This document shows, piece after piece, positions 24,601 to 35,545 of a DNA stretch of 64,000 nt. Source of the DNA: an uncultured delta proteobacterium (GTDB lineage Bacteria > Myxococcota_A > Polyangia > Fen-1088); NCBI GenBank assembly GCA_963737265.1, contig CAVTRY010000021.1, forward strand, positions 224,001-288,000, written 5' to 3'. The position numbers and the translations under genes were made by a program. The notes under the pieces are model-generated. The model had not been told where the DNA came from, did not search any database, and saw only the letters and a list, made by a program, of their open reading frames with translations. Numbering within the stretch: the stretch's first letter is position 1; each line of letters begins with the position of its first letter.

Positions 24601-26330
24601 GAGAGGTCGATCTGGTGGGCGGATTCGGGCTGCGGATCGAAGAGATTGCGCTCGGGACCGATGGTGGTACCGGCGGCCATGATGAGCTCTTCGCGAATGG
24701 CGTCCACCGGCGGATTGGTCACCTGGGCAAAGAGCTGCTTGAAGTAGCTGAACAGGCTCTGCGGGCGATTGGACAACACGGCCAGCGGCGTGTCCGTGCC
24801 CATGGAGCCGATGCCCTCGCCGCCGGTTTCGGCCATGGGCGTGATGAGACGAATGTCCTCGGTGGTGTACCCGAACGTGCGCTGGCCGACTTCGAGCGCC
24901 TTGTGGTCGAGCGGTGGCTTGTCCGCGCCAGGCGGCAGCTCGAACAGAAACACGCGCTGCTCGTCGAGCCACTTGCCGTAGGGAAGCGCGGTCGCCATCT
25001 TGGACTTGATCTCTTCGTCCGCAATCACGCGCTTCTCGGCGGTATCCACCAGGAACATGCGGCCGGGCTGGATGCGCCCCTTGTGCGACACCTCGGACGG
25101 GGGAATGTCGAGCACGCCGGTTTCCGACGCCATCACCACCATGCCGTCCTTGGTGATGGTGTAGCGCAAGGGCCGCAAACCATTGCGGTCGAGCACGCAG
25201 CCGATCTGCACGCCGTCGCTGAAGGCCACGGCCGCGGGACCGTCCCACGGCTCCATCAAACAGGAATGGTACTCGTAAAAGGCGCGCTTCTCGGGACTCA
25301 TGGTTTTGTGCTTGTGCCACGGCTCCGGGATCATCATCATCACGGCGTGGGGCAGCGAACGCCCGCCCATGACCAAGGCTTCGAGCACGTTGTCGAACAT
25401 GGCCGAGTCGCTGCCGGATTGGTCGACGACCGGCCGCAAGTGGTTGATGTCGTCGCCAAAAAGCGGCGAAGCCAGCTGGCTTTCGCGCGCGCTCATCCAG
25501 TTGACGTTGCCGCGCAGGGTGTTGATTTCCCCGTTGTGCGCGACCAGGCGATAGGGATGCGCGCGCGACCAACTGGGGAAGGTGTTGGTGGAAAAACGCG
25601 AGTGCACCAGCGCCAGCGCCGAAACCACCGAGAGCTCGGACAAGTCGGGGAAATACGAATCGAGCTGATCGGCCTTGAGCATGCCTTTGTAGACAAGGGT
25701 TCGCGCCGACAGGCTGCAGACGTAGAAGTCGCCACGCCCGGCGATGTCGCTCGCGCGGACGAGCTTCTCCGCCGCACGGCGAACCAGGCAAAGCCGGCGC
25801 TCGAAGGCGGCGACGTCGGCCACGCCTGCGCCACGCCCGACGAATACTTGGCGGATGAGAGGCCGGGACTCGGCCGCGCTCTTGCCGAGTCCGGTCGGGT
25901 TCGCCGGAACATCCCGCCAGCCCAGAACCTTCTGGCCGAGCAGCGCAACCGACTCTTCGAACAGCTGCTCGCAGCGAGCGCCGTCTTGGCTGTCCCGAGG
26001 CAAGAACACCATGCCCACGCCGTACTCCTCGACCGCGGGGAGCGCGATACCCAAGCTTGACGCCACATTGCGCATAAAGGCATCTGGAATCTGCAGCAAG
26101 ATGCCGGCACCGTCGCCGGTGTTCTCCTCGCAACCGCAGGCGCCGCGATGGGCGAGGTTTTCTAGCACCTGGATCGCGTTGCGAACGATCTGGTTCGACT
26201 TTCGCCCTTGGACGTCCACCACCAGCCCCACGCCGCACGCGTCGTGCTCGTCTCGTGGATCGTAAAGTCCTTCTGCCTCGCGCTGCTGGTAGGGGATCTG
26301 TTGCTTTCGTGAATTGTCGATGCTGCTCAT
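21696..26330 (-). CDS. gltB: Glutamate synthase large subunit
   Basis: [33 protein letters not shown] motifs. Confidence 0.99.
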   Translation of the reverse strand: MSSIDNSRKQQIPYQQREAEGLYDPRDEHDACGVGLVVDVQGRKSNQIVRNAIQVLENLAHRGACGCEENTGDGAGILLQIPDAFMRNVASSLGIALPAVEEYGVGMVFLPRDSQDGARCEQLFEESVALLGQKVLGWRDVPANPTGLGKSAAESRPLIRQVFVGRGAGVADVAAFERRLCLVRRAAEKLVRASDIAGRGDFYVCSLSARTLVYKGMLKADQLDSYFPDLSELSVVSALALVHSRFSTNTFPSWSRAHPYRLVAHNGEINTLRGNVNWMSARESQLASPLFGDDINHLRPVVDQSGSDSAMFDNVLEALVMGGRSLPHAVMMMIPEPWHKHKTMSPEKRAFYEYHSCLMEPWDGPAAVAFSDGVQIGCVLDRNGLRPLRYTITKDGMVVMASETGVLDIPPSEVSHKGRIQPGRMFLVDTAEKRVIADEEIKSKMATALPYGKWLDEQRVFLFELPPGADKPPLDHKALEVGQRTFGYTTEDIRLITPMAETGGEGIGSMGTDTPLAVLSNRPQSLFSYFKQLFAQVTNPPVDAIREELIMAAGTTIGPERNLFDPQPESAHQIDLSGPVLCNAESEQLRALDGSATSRGFRSRTLPTLFRAAGGEAALKEALDELCAKAAAAVCEGCGVIILSDRDHTRDLAPIPALLACAAVHHHLLREATRTQTCLIVESGEPREVHDFCLLIGYGASAVDPYLALETVDDMVRQGILKANADNARKHYVSAAVKGVVKVISKMGISTVQSYHGAQVFEAIGLHPDVVDRYFCGTASRVGGVGLDVIAEEARRRHARGYPSRPVARTGLDTGGEYRYRSDGESHLFSPEAIARLQNATQTNSYSAYKQFAELINNQSKNHNTLRGLMGFRSSRQPISIDEVEPIEAIVKRFKTGAMSYGSISKEAHETLAIAMNRLGGRSNTGEGGEDPERFKPMANGDSKRSAIKQVASGRFGVTSDYLTNASELQIKMAQGAKPGEGGQLPGKKVYPWIAKVRHSTPGVGLISPPPHHDIYSIEDLAQLIHDLKCSNDRARISVKLVAEVGVGTVAAGVAKAKADVILISGHDGGTGASPLTSIKHAGGPWELGLAETHQVLLLNDLRSRVAIETDGQLKTGRDVMVATLLGAEEFGFASAPLVSLGCVMMRACHLNTCPAGIATQDPELRHRFAGKPEHVVNFMRFVARDVRELLAQLGFRTLAEAVGHSECLEMHAALDHWKAKGVDLSSILHQAEIPVSVGRHCTVAQKHGIEDEFDDMKLIPTCRPALDEKRKVRASFPIRNVNRTVGTRLGSEITRRYGPEGLPEDTIHVHFKGSAGQSFMAFVPKGVTFALEGDANDYVGKGLSGGKLVVYPPADATFVVEQNVIVGNVALYGATSGEAYIRGLAGERFCVRNSGADAVVEGVGDHGCEYMTGGRVVILGPTGRNFAAGMSGGIAYVLDENRELRHNCNAEMVGIGPLDDPAEIETVLTMLRRHLELTDSKRARNILVSWSLFRPLFVRVIPNDYRRVLEAQNKMLASGLSREEAEMAAFELNSKDAARIHGK

Positions 26331-26449
26331 TTCGTATTGCTCCGGCGCGCTCGCCTGCAACATTTCTATATACTAGGAGGGAACCCTAACGTCCGGGCTT
26401 ATCGTCAGCAAACCATCGCGTGGCGGCCAGAACTAGAATTTCCGAAGCG

Positions 26450-26476
26450 GAAATATAGTAGAAACAAATCGGACAC
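26450..26476. promoter_or_regulatory. Putative OmpR/GlnR-type operator (three 11-bp-period pentamers)
   Basis: GAAAT-n6-GAAAC-n6-GACAC in the divergent gltB/regulator intergenic region. Confidence 0.45.
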
Positions 26477-26573
26477 AAACCCGTGGGGTTAGTCGGACGC
26501 GAAACATGACGACGCCCGACCGTGCCTAATTCAACTGTTGTTTGCGACCGGGCTAGGATATGTTTCGTAACCA

Positions 26574-27269
26574 ATGCGATCCCTCGTGGTTACTTCCCGA
26601 CCGCAACTTGGCGCCTCCGAACCAGACTCTCCCGCCGCGGCACTTCGTGAGCTCGGGTGCGAGGTCGTCGCGGTAGGCTACGACCTCGATGAGCTGCCGG
26701 ACGACATCGAGCACGTGCGACCATCGGTGGTGGTGGTCGACGCCGGACCGCATCTGGAAGTCGGGCGGGCCGTGGTCAAGCGGGCCAAGCAACTCTCAAC
26801 CCTCGCCGACATCCCGATTCTTCTGTGCATCGAGGTGTCCCGCCTGGCAGGGCTCGATCCCGAGCTCGGCATGGACGATTTCATCCTGTCGCCCATCGTC
26901 GGTCCGGAGCTTTACGCACGCGTGCGCCAGCTCGACTGGCGACTCTCCTCGTTCTCGGCCGCCGGCCGCATCAAGCTTGGCGACTTGGTCATCGACACGG
27001 TAGCGGTGGAAGCCACCTTCCGCGGGCGAGTGCTGAAACTGCCCAGGCAAGAATTCCAGTTACTCAAGTTCCTGGCCGCAGGCACGGGCCGTGTGTTCAC
27101 GCGCGAGCAGCTCCTGTCGCGCGTCTGGGGCTATCGCTACACCGGCAACACGCGCACGGTCGACATCCATGTGCGGCGCCTGCGTTCCAAGCTCGGAACG
27201 GGCGCGGACATGATCGAGACCGTGCGCCATGTCGGCTACAAGATGAAGTCGCCAGTGTCGACACCTTGA
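26574..27269 (+). CDS. OmpR-family response regulator, GlnR-like
   Basis: Atypical receiver plus EFQLLKFL...VFTREQLL..VWG...RTVDIHVRRLRSKLG; divergent from gltBD, no adjacent kinase. Confidence 0.85.
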   Translation: MRSLVVTSRPQLGASEPDSPAAALRELGCEVVAVGYDLDELPDDIEHVRPSVVVVDAGPHLEVGRAVVKRAKQLSTLADIPILLCIEVSRLAGLDPELGMDDFILSPIVGPELYARVRQLDWRLSSFSAAGRIKLGDLVIDTVAVEATFRGRVLKLPRQEFQLLKFLAAGTGRVFTREQLLSRVWGYRYTGNTRTVDIHVRRLRSKLGTGADMIETVRHVGYKMKSPVSTP

Positions 27270-28159
27270 GCGCGCACGCCGTGCCCGCAGCCAGAAAGAA
27301 GCGCAGGATCCGAGTCGCCTTTCAAGGCGAGCGCGGGGCTTTCTCCGAGGAAGCCGCCCGGCGCATTCTCGGCAAGACCTTCGAGCCCTGTCCCAAACGC
27401 GAATTCGAACAGATGTTCGAAGCGGTGATCCGTGACGAAGCCGATTGCGCCATCGTGCCCATGGAAAACACCCTCGCCGGCTCGGTGATCAAAAACTACG
27501 ACCTTCTCGTCGACTACGATTTGGAAGTCATCGGCGAGGTCGTGCTGCGCGTTGCCCACAACCTGATTGCCGCCAAGGGAACGCGCCTCGCCTCGGTGCG
27601 GAAGATCTACTCCCATCCGGTGGCGCTCGCTCAATGCGAAGATTTCCTGCGCCGCCTGCGCGGGGAAGTACCGAGCCTCGAAGTCCTGCCGGCCTACGAC
27701 ACCGCGGGCGCAGTCAAGATGGTTGTCGAGAACGGCCGGCGCGACGAAGCGGCCATCGCCAGCCACATCGCCGCCACGACCTACCACGCGCAGATTCTCG
27801 CCGCCGGTATCGAAAGCAACCCGCAAAATTTCACCCGCTTCTTCGTCATGGCTCGGCCCGACCGACGCAAGACAATTCCGCTCAAGAACCGCGCCAAAGC
27901 GCTCAAGACCAGCATCGTGTTCCGCACCACCAACAAACCCGGTGCGCTTTTCCACGCCCTCGAGGCCTTCGCCAAGGGGAAGATCGATCTCACCAAGATC
28001 GAATCGCGGCCCATCGTCGGCCGGCCGTGGGAGTATTCTTTCTATCTGGATTTCCTCGGCGACCGCAACACCCCGGCCGCGCGTCGCGCATTGGCCAGCC
28101 TGACCTACGTCGCCGAGAGCCTGCGCATCTTCGGCACCTACCCACGTGCGGATGCGTAG
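27266..28159 (+). CDS. pheA: Prephenate dehydratase
   Basis: FQGERGAFSE, SHPVALAQC, NFTRF, TKIESRP. Confidence 0.95.
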   Translation: MSAHAVPAARKKRRIRVAFQGERGAFSEEAARRILGKTFEPCPKREFEQMFEAVIRDEADCAIVPMENTLAGSVIKNYDLLVDYDLEVIGEVVLRVAHNLIAAKGTRLASVRKIYSHPVALAQCEDFLRRLRGEVPSLEVLPAYDTAGAVKMVVENGRRDEAAIASHIAATTYHAQILAAGIESNPQNFTRFFVMARPDRRKTIPLKNRAKALKTSIVFRTTNKPGALFHALEAFAKGKIDLTKIESRPIVGRPWEYSFYLDFLGDRNTPAARRALASLTYVAESLRIFGTYPRADA

Positions 28160-28162
28160 CCC

Positions 28163-29050
28163 ATGTTGACCATTGATCTGCGAGGAAAACGCGCCCTGGT
28201 CGCAGGCGTCGCCGACGATGGTGGGTTTGGTTTTGCCATCGCCAAAGCCCTGGCCGAGGCCGGCGCTTCGGTGTGCATCGGCACGTGGCCGCCAGCGCTC
28301 GGAATCTTTCAGACCATGCTCGATCGGGGAAAATATGACGACTCGTTGACCCTTTCGCATGGCGGAAAGCTCGCGTTTGAACGCATTTATCCGCTCGACG
28401 CCGCGTTCGACGAGCTGTCGGACATTCCGGCGGAAACGCGCGAGAGCAAACGCTACCGCGACCACGGAGATGTGAGCATCCAGGGCTTGGCGAATCGTCT
28501 GTCGGCGGACTTCGGTCCCGCGTGCCTCGACGTCGTCGTTCACAGCCTGGCCAATGCCCCAGAGGTAAAGAATCCCCTGCTCGAAACCAGCCGCAAGGGG
28601 TACCTGGCCGCGCTCGGAACCAGCGCCTTTTCCTTCGCATCGCTTTTGCGCCGGCTGGGACCGCTCACGAATCCGGGTGGATCGTTCCTCACGCTTTCCT
28701 ACCTCGCCGGCGAACGGGTCGTGCCCGGCTACGGAGGCGGCATGTCGTCGGCCAAGGCCGCCTTGGAAAGCGACATGCGCACGCTGTCCTACGAGGCGGG
28801 ACGAAAGTGGGCGATTCGGGTCAATGCAATTTCGGCCGGCCCGATGGCTTCGAGAGCGGCGAACGCCATTGGTCGGATTCAGGACTCCATCGAACACCAT
28901 CGCGCGACATCGCCGCTGGCCGAAGCGATTTCCGCCGCCGAGGTTGCCAGCGCGGCAGCCTTTCTTTCCAGCCATTTGGCCTCGGGAATTACCGGGACGA
29001 CACTCTACGTGGACAAGGGCTACCACGCCATGGGCGTGACCAGCGTCTAG
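28163..29050 (+). CDS. fabI: Enoyl-ACP reductase (plant/chlamydial-like FabI)
   Basis: GVADDGGFGFAIAK, HSLANAPEV, YGGGMSSAK. Confidence 0.93.
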   Translation: MLTIDLRGKRALVAGVADDGGFGFAIAKALAEAGASVCIGTWPPALGIFQTMLDRGKYDDSLTLSHGGKLAFERIYPLDAAFDELSDIPAETRESKRYRDHGDVSIQGLANRLSADFGPACLDVVVHSLANAPEVKNPLLETSRKGYLAALGTSAFSFASLLRRLGPLTNPGGSFLTLSYLAGERVVPGYGGGMSSAKAALESDMRTLSYEAGRKWAIRVNAISAGPMASRAANAIGRIQDSIEHHRATSPLAEAISAAEVASAAAFLSSHLASGITGTTLYVDKGYHAMGVTSV

Positions 29051-29068
29051 GGTTCGGCGGAGTCGCCT

Positions 29069-30634
29069 TTGCCTGAGCTGCAGCGCCTATCCTGGATCCT
29101 AGCACTCCTCGCGTCGGTGCCCATCGCGGAACGGATCGCCCAAGCCGCGGAAACAGCCGCGATCGGCGAAGATGCGGTGGACAGGATGATTGACCTCAAC
29201 AAAAAGGCGTTCGCCGATATTCAGAGCTCGCGCTTCGACGCCGCCAGGTACCGGTTGCAAGAAGCGCTCGTCATCGGCGAAACCGCCGGTCTCGAAGACG
29301 ATGAGATTACGGCGCGGACCTATGTTCATCTTGCAGCCGTGTGCCTGACCGGCTTCAAGAACCGCGACGAGGCCGTCACACAGTTCATGACCGGGCTCAA
29401 GCTCAATCCCAACATCACGATCACCGTCGGCCTTGAGACCCCTGCGCTGAAATCCGCCTATTTGCTGGCGCGCAAGCGGATGGGCCTTCCGCCCAACCCC
29501 GACACGATTTCCTCTCCATTGCCGTTACCGTCATCTTCCGCCGGGCCAGCGACGGAATTGGCGGTCACGACGCCATCGCCAGTGGCGGAAACCACGACCA
29601 TCACCAAGCAGACTCGCGGCAGCGCGGGTGGAACCGAGGATCCGGATCCACCGGTCCGCATCCGCGTTCCGCTCTATTGTCCCCTGCCCTTCGAGATTCC
29701 GGCTGGACAAGACCTCGTCGTGCGCTGTCTCACGCGTAAACCGCAAAAGAAGTGGAGCGCGACCTTCTACTATCGGCGGGAAGGGGCGACCGGGGCCGAC
29801 TACAGCGCCTTGACAATGGACCACAGCCCCAAGGGCTGGCTGGTCGGGACCATCCCGGGCGACGCCATCCACGCCAGGTCGCTCTCGTACTACGTTCAGG
29901 CGCAAATTGCGGGTTCGCCCGAAACCTTGTCCTGGGGGCGCCCCGATGCGCCGAACGCCTTCATTGTCAAGGAGGATGACGAGTCCGACGCCGGACGTGG
30001 GCGTGCCGCTCGAACCCGACAGCGTGGAGCAGCTTGGATTTCAGTCGCCAGCGGCTCGGGCGTCGCCCTGCATGGAAGACAGTCAGTCGACAGCGGCGCA
30101 CCCGTCCCCGTCCATGCGGGTTTCTCGCCGGCCGGCCTTCTTCAGATCGAACCCGAGGTCGGCTATCAATGGAGCGAAAGACTCGCCGTGTCCGTCATGG
30201 CAAGGTATCAAGTCGCGCCCAAGGACAGCGACGGATACGTGCCCCGCCCCGGGGAAAGGGATATTCTGACCTCGGCCCTGGCAGGTTTCGTGCGGGCCCA
30301 ATTTGGATTCCTGCCGCACGACCATTTCCAACCCCACGCCTCGGGCGGACTCGGCCTTGGCAACAGCTTTCTCGCCAACGTAAAAAAACAATGCAGCGAC
30401 AGCTCCTGCACGCTCAACCACAGCGACACGCTTCATGGTGGCCCGATCGGCTTCATCCTTGGCACCGGCGCCTTCTTTCCAGTGAGCCCGGCCTTTGGCG
30501 TCTTTGTCGACGTGAACGAAATCGCAACCCTACCTCGGTTCATGGTGCTCACCGAGGTCAACCTGGGCATTACCGTCACGCTCGACCGTAAAGAGCGGAG
30601 CCCGTCTCGCAGGCCGAGCAACGCCGGTTTGTAG
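29069..30634 (+). CDS. Exported protein with TPR-like N-terminus and beta-rich C-terminus
   Basis: Signal peptide, helical repeat, Pro/Thr linker, amphipathic beta C-terminal region. Confidence 0.65.
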   Translation: MPELQRLSWILALLASVPIAERIAQAAETAAIGEDAVDRMIDLNKKAFADIQSSRFDAARYRLQEALVIGETAGLEDDEITARTYVHLAAVCLTGFKNRDEAVTQFMTGLKLNPNITITVGLETPALKSAYLLARKRMGLPPNPDTISSPLPLPSSSAGPATELAVTTPSPVAETTTITKQTRGSAGGTEDPDPPVRIRVPLYCPLPFEIPAGQDLVVRCLTRKPQKKWSATFYYRREGATGADYSALTMDHSPKGWLVGTIPGDAIHARSLSYYVQAQIAGSPETLSWGRPDAPNAFIVKEDDESDAGRGRAARTRQRGAAWISVASGSGVALHGRQSVDSGAPVPVHAGFSPAGLLQIEPEVGYQWSERLAVSVMARYQVAPKDSDGYVPRPGERDILTSALAGFVRAQFGFLPHDHFQPHASGGLGLGNSFLANVKKQCSDSSCTLNHSDTLHGGPIGFILGTGAFFPVSPAFGVFVDVNEIATLPRFMVLTEVNLGITVTLDRKERSPSRRPSNAGL

Positions 30635-30648
30635 TTCGGTGCTCTAGT

Positions 30649-33600
30649 CTAGCGTCCTGTAAGAGAAGAGGCTTGTGCAGGGAAGTGCATCGTCAGTCGG
30701 CTTCCGCGGCCCAGCGTGGAAGACAGTCTGACGTCGCCGCCCAGTTCGTGGGCGATGGCGCGGATGGCGTCCATGCCAACGCCTCGGCCCGACACGGAGG
30801 AAACGTTTGCTGCCGTCGAGAAGCCCGGTAGGAATAGCAGCTCGTGGACCTCGTCAGCCGACATCGCCGCCGCCCGCTCGGCGTCGATGAGACCGCGCTT
30901 GAGCGCGATTTCCTTCACGCGCGTCGTGTCGACGCCGCGACCATCGTCTTCGACGGCAAGGTCGATCCAGCCCTGGCGCGCTTGCCCAGAGATGCTGATG
31001 CGACCGCGTGGCGCCTTGCCTGAGCTCATGCGGACGTCCGAGGGTTCGAGCCCGTGGTCGACTGCATTGCGAACTGCATGCACGACTGCACTGCGGATCT
31101 TTTGCATGGCCTTTGAGTCCAAGAACAGGTCGAGATCTGCCAGAGAGACCTCTTCGAGTGGTTTGCCGCGTTCGCTGGCCAAATCGCATGCGGTGGAGGC
31201 TACGGGGGCGAGGATGTCACCCAGCGACGACGTGGTGAGGTGGACCACCGCCTTCTCGAGCTCCTGGAGCGTGGGCAGGATCGCCTGGCGATCTTCATGC
31301 GCGAGAGCAACGGCTTGTCGAAGTCCGCGAAGCGAGTCGCGCAGGACGGTGATGCGTCCTTCCAGTACACGTTGAACAGGCTGACCTGTCTTGGCACCGC
31401 GCACGGCAGGAAGGACGATGTGAAAGTGACGAACATCCTCGATTAGATAAATGCGGCACGACGTCGGCAATGAGCGTGCGTAGGCCGTCAAGTGGTTCAA
31501 GCCCGCCTGGGTTGCAGCGGCCAGCCAGCTCTCAAGCTCGTGCTCGCCTCTGTCAGCGGTGTCGGGCAAGACCAGCAACAAGTGCTCGGCAGCCTCGTTG
31601 CCGCGGATCTCGCGGCGAATATTCTCGTAGGAATCAAGATGTTGGCGCAAGGCGCCTGCGACGCCTGGGCCATTTTGGGGAAGGGTCTTGGCCAACGACT
31701 CGAACGTCTCTTGTACCACACGGAAGCGGTGTCGACGCGCGCAAGCGATGGTTGCTGTCACCAGGCCAGCGACCTGGCCCGGGTCTGCGGAACCGAGGCG
31801 ATCGACGAGCTCTCCGGCATCGTTATGGAAGCGTCCAAGGAGGTCGATCTCCAATTCCGGGCGCGATTTCATCTCGACCAGATTGCGTGCATCGATCATC
31901 CAGGTCTCCAAGGCATCGAGGACGGCCCGTGGTTCCAGCCCTTCCTTTGTCATGCGTCGATGATAGTCGGTCGCAAGGTTCGCGAGCGTGGGCAAGCCGA
32001 ACGAACGGGCCGCCGCGGCAAACAAAATCACATCCGTGGCCTCGCTGCCGGGCGCGGACCGTTCGGGTACGCCTGGGCCAGCGAGCTTTCCCGCCAAGGA
32101 CCGCAACAGCGCCTTGGCTTCGACGAGGAAATAGGGCCACAGCTCTGCGTTGCCAACTTCCGCAGACAGCGACCGCGTGCTCTCGAGTGCATCGTTGGCC
32201 CTTTGCAAACAGGGTAGGAGTTGTTCTCCGGTCACCCCTTGCCGTGCAAGTTCACGCGAGATGGAATCGCACGCAGCGACAAAACTCGCGAACCCATGCG
32301 ACTGTGCGTCGCTGCGCAGCTTGTTGGTGCGACCAACCAGCCGCTCGCGGGCCTTCTCGGCTCCTTCGTCGGCAAGGGAGCCGAGATCCGTTTGCCAATC
32401 GTCGAAGGGTCGCTCGTGAGCGCGCAAGAACCCCATAGCCGCATCACCAGGAGTTTCCTGTTCACCACCCAAGACCTGGCGACCCAGCTTCTCGAATTCG
32501 GCCAAGAGCCTGCGGACTTCGGCGATGCGTTCGTGCATCGCAATTCCGATGTCGCCATTGATCCCAATCTGGCCGTCGCGCACCTTCTGAAAGTAGTCCT
32601 CGGTCGCGTGTGCGAGGTCCTGGACGGCTGTGAGCTTGAACATGCGAGCATTGCCCTTGAGAGTATGCATGCCGCGAAACAATGAATTGACGGCGGCCGC
32701 CCGGCGGCTGGGATCCTCCAAGTCAGCGAGTGATTGTTCGCATGCGTCGAGTACCGCGTAGGCTTCCGCAATGAAGGTGTTGAATAGGTCAGGCTCCATC
32801 GAGGCGATTTGCCGGATGCGCGCAAGGTTCTCTTGGTTCTGCTGGTCACGCCGGGCGATTTCCGCCTGCAGGCGGTGCATCTCGGTCACGTCCTTCACCA
32901 AGAACATGATCTTGACGATGGAACCGTCCTTGTAGAGTGGGGCATAATCCAATTCCAGGGCTCGCTCATCGGTGCTGCCATCGGGATTGGCCCTCAGATA
33001 ATTCAACTGGCGAATACGATCGGGTTCGGACAGATCCCATTGCAGGTCGTCCGAACCAAAGATGTGGATCAGCCAGAACTTCATCCGGCTGACAGCTTCC
33101 GATTCTGCTACCGATTCCAAGCGCAGAAACTCTGTCACCGTCTGGCCGGCGATGGGTACATTGCCGAAGATCTCTTTTGCGAAGGCCGAAACCTCGTTGT
33201 TAATGCGACCATCGGCGCCTACCGTGAAGATGGCCTGCAACATGTTGTCGAAGAGATCCTGAACGTTCTTCTGCGCCTGAACGACCTTCTGTTCACGATC
33301 GACAATCGCATCGCCCATGCTGTTGAAGACCATGGCAAGGTTGCCGACCTCGTCGTTGGAACGAACATCCGCGCGCGCGTGCAAATCGCCGTTTTCGAGT
33401 CGACGGGCGGCTTCGGTCACTCGTGCAAGCGGCTTCACAATCACTCGGCGAGCCAGCAGAATCAACAGGGCCGCCGTGCCGGCGGCGATGAAGATCGCAA
33501 ACCACAGCATGCGGCGCCGGCTGATCTGATAGGCGGCGTTCTCGTCGGCCAGCGAGAAGTCCAAAACGACAAATCCGACCACGGCACCGTGCGCGTCCCG

Positions 33601-34008
33601 GATATCCTTCAGGATTTCGATCTTGTCCGGAGACTCGGACAGGCGGCTTTGGACCTTCCCATGGTCGAACTCGTAGGCGGGCCGATTTCCCGGGTTGAAT
33701 GCGCCGACCGTCCGGTCCTCTTTGGCGGAGTAGACCGTCGCGAACGCGATCGCCTTGTTGCTGCGCAGCTTTTCCAGCTCGATGGCGACGGCGTCGCTAT
33801 CCGCAAACACGAGCGGGGCGGCGCAGGACGCGGCAAAGAGATCGGTCACCATGGATCCGGCAACGGCCTTGGCGTCGACAAGACCTCTTCTTTCGCGCTG
33901 GGTCAGCTCCTTGAGCAGCAGCCACGACAGGCCTGCCAGCACCAGCACGGTGGCGACGGCCAGTTTGGACCCAACCGAAAAGAATCGGCGTTTGTCTGCT
34001 TGCTTCAA
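30649..34008 (-). CDS. Membrane-anchored HAMP/PAS/Hpt/HATPase (CheA-like) kinase
   Basis: Two TM helices, HAMP (DEVGNLA..FNSM), Hpt HTLKG, HAVRNAVDHG, DDGRG, SGRGVGMD; start uncertain. Confidence 0.85.
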   Translation of the reverse strand: MKQADKRRFFSVGSKLAVATVLVLAGLSWLLLKELTQRERRGLVDAKAVAGSMVTDLFAASCAAPLVFADSDAVAIELEKLRSNKAIAFATVYSAKEDRTVGAFNPGNRPAYEFDHGKVQSRLSESPDKIEILKDIRDAHGAVVGFVVLDFSLADENAAYQISRRRMLWFAIFIAAGTAALLILLARRVIVKPLARVTEAARRLENGDLHARADVRSNDEVGNLAMVFNSMGDAIVDREQKVVQAQKNVQDLFDNMLQAIFTVGADGRINNEVSAFAKEIFGNVPIAGQTVTEFLRLESVAESEAVSRMKFWLIHIFGSDDLQWDLSEPDRIRQLNYLRANPDGSTDERALELDYAPLYKDGSIVKIMFLVKDVTEMHRLQAEIARRDQQNQENLARIRQIASMEPDLFNTFIAEAYAVLDACEQSLADLEDPSRRAAAVNSLFRGMHTLKGNARMFKLTAVQDLAHATEDYFQKVRDGQIGINGDIGIAMHERIAEVRRLLAEFEKLGRQVLGGEQETPGDAAMGFLRAHERPFDDWQTDLGSLADEGAEKARERLVGRTNKLRSDAQSHGFASFVAACDSISRELARQGVTGEQLLPCLQRANDALESTRSLSAEVGNAELWPYFLVEAKALLRSLAGKLAGPGVPERSAPGSEATDVILFAAAARSFGLPTLANLATDYHRRMTKEGLEPRAVLDALETWMIDARNLVEMKSRPELEIDLLGRFHNDAGELVDRLGSADPGQVAGLVTATIACARRHRFRVVQETFESLAKTLPQNGPGVAGALRQHLDSYENIRREIRGNEAAEHLLLVLPDTADRGEHELESWLAAATQAGLNHLTAYARSLPTSCRIYLIEDVRHFHIVLPAVRGAKTGQPVQRVLEGRITVLRDSLRGLRQAVALAHEDRQAILPTLQELEKAVVHLTTSSLGDILAPVASTACDLASERGKPLEEVSLADLDLFLDSKAMQKIRSAVVHAVRNAVDHGLEPSDVRMSSGKAPRGRISISGQARQGWIDLAVEDDGRGVDTTRVKEIALKRGLIDAERAAAMSADEVHELLFLPGFSTAANVSSVSGRGVGMDAIRAIAHELGGDVRLSSTLGRGSRLTMHFPAQASSLTGR

Positions 34009-34213
34009 GACGATGGTTCTCTCGTCCCAATACTCGACGGATGGCAGTGAATCTGAAGCACGGTTCGGGTTGCCGACTTGCAGACAATAGCCCACCGCAG
34101 GAAGTGCAGCTTTAACTTTTCCCTCGGATTGACGATGTCTAGTGCGCTTGTCCCCGCCGAAGGTCGGCGTCGACGGATGGAGAGTCTTAAGAACGAAAGA
34201 AGGGTGACCAACG

Positions 34214-35239
34214 ATGAGGATGGCAAAACGGGTTGCAATTGGCAGTCTCACTTTGGCCGGGGTTCTGAGCGCTTGTGGTAGTAGCAATAACGACAGCGGC
34301 GGCACATCTCCAACGAGCAAGACGTGCACGACGTTGCCACCGATGGCCGCTATCACGTCTTCGACCAAGTTCGGTTTCGTGCAGTTCTACGAGGCAGACG
34401 GGTTGTGGCGAACGGCCAACACGAACAGTATCGTAAGCGAGGCTGCCAACCGTGGGTACAACCTCGTTTTCAACCCTCCCACCTCCGACGATGCCGCGCA
34501 ACAGGTTTCCCGCATTCAGGATCTCATCGACGCTAAGGTCGATGTCATGATCGTCGCGCCGCACGACACAACGACGATTTCACCAATGGTTGTAACGGCA
34601 CGCAAGGCATGCATCCCGGTCTTCATCGAGGACCGCGCGGTGGATGCAACCGTGGCTATTCCGGGCCTTGACTATGTTTCCTACGTCGGTTCCGACATGG
34701 TCGGGCAGGGTCAGATGACCGCTCAGTGGCTCATCAACAAGACTGGGGGTACCGCGAAGCTCGTGGAGATCGAAGGTACGACGGGCTCGTCGGCGGCGAT
34801 CGGCCGCAAGCAAGGCTTCGACTCGACAATCGCTGCTTACCCGGGAATGCAGCTCCTGACATCGCAGGGGGCCGACTTCGATACGACCACAGCATACAAC
34901 CTTGCGAAGACGCTACTGCCGCAATATCCGCAGGCCGATTGGATATTCTCACACAACGACGGCATGTCCTTCGGCATCATCCAGGCGCTGCAAGAGGCGG
35001 GCCGGACTCCCGGCACGGACATTCAGATCGTCTCGATCGATGGTACCCTACAGGGTGCCCAGGACCTCCAAGCTGGACTAATCGCCGAGATCACTTCGTG
35101 CAACCCGCACTTCGGCCCGCCGGTCTTCGATGCGATCGAGCAGTACTCTCAAGGACAGACGGTTCCGACCACGATCTTGAGTGTTGACCGGACAATCGAT
35201 TCGACCAATGTTAGTGCATACATGCCGGAGGCATTCTAG
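34214..35239 (+). CDS. Sugar ABC-type periplasmic binding lipoprotein (RbsB/YtfQ-like)
   Basis: LSAC lipobox, WRTANT, EDR, HND, SIDG motifs; no permease nearby. Confidence 0.9.
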   Translation: MRMAKRVAIGSLTLAGVLSACGSSNNDSGGTSPTSKTCTTLPPMAAITSSTKFGFVQFYEADGLWRTANTNSIVSEAANRGYNLVFNPPTSDDAAQQVSRIQDLIDAKVDVMIVAPHDTTTISPMVVTARKACIPVFIEDRAVDATVAIPGLDYVSYVGSDMVGQGQMTAQWLINKTGGTAKLVEIEGTTGSSAAIGRKQGFDSTIAAYPGMQLLTSQGADFDTTTAYNLAKTLLPQYPQADWIFSHNDGMSFGIIQALQEAGRTPGTDIQIVSIDGTLQGAQDLQAGLIAEITSCNPHFGPPVFDAIEQYSQGQTVPTTILSVDRTIDSTNVSAYMPEAF

Positions 35240-35284
35240 CCGGTCCGCCAGGCGCCGAGGCGCCACCCAAGGCGGATTCTGGTT

Positions 35285-35327
35285 GCGGGCGGTGCGAAGC
35301 GGCGATCGCTTCGTATCGCCTGTTTTC
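35285..35327 (+). terminator. Probable intrinsic terminator
   Basis: gcgggcggtgcgaagcg / cgcttcgtatcgcctgt stem (with G-U pairs) followed by TTTT, downstream of the binding protein. Confidence 0.6.
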
Positions 35328-35545
35328 TATTGTGTGAGCTGCTCTTTGCTTTTGCTCGCCTATTCACGGTCGGTTGGCGCAGCAACATGTCGAAGACCGA
35401 CCTGGTCGTGAGCGACGTTAGTTGCTCGCCCGACAAGCGGCCTGTGGCAAGTCCTTCGACGTTGGCATTCAACGTCTTGGATCATCATGCCGTGGTGATG
35501 TCCCCGTTGTGGCCGCCTGTCAGCCACGAAGTTAGAATAGTTTAG

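Noticed and set aside
21675-26265. Long alternative ORFs (up to 990 aa) over gltB, and similar ones over dnaK, rlmI and the transposases
   Set aside because: Shadow ORFs caused by high GC and codon bias; no protein motifs.
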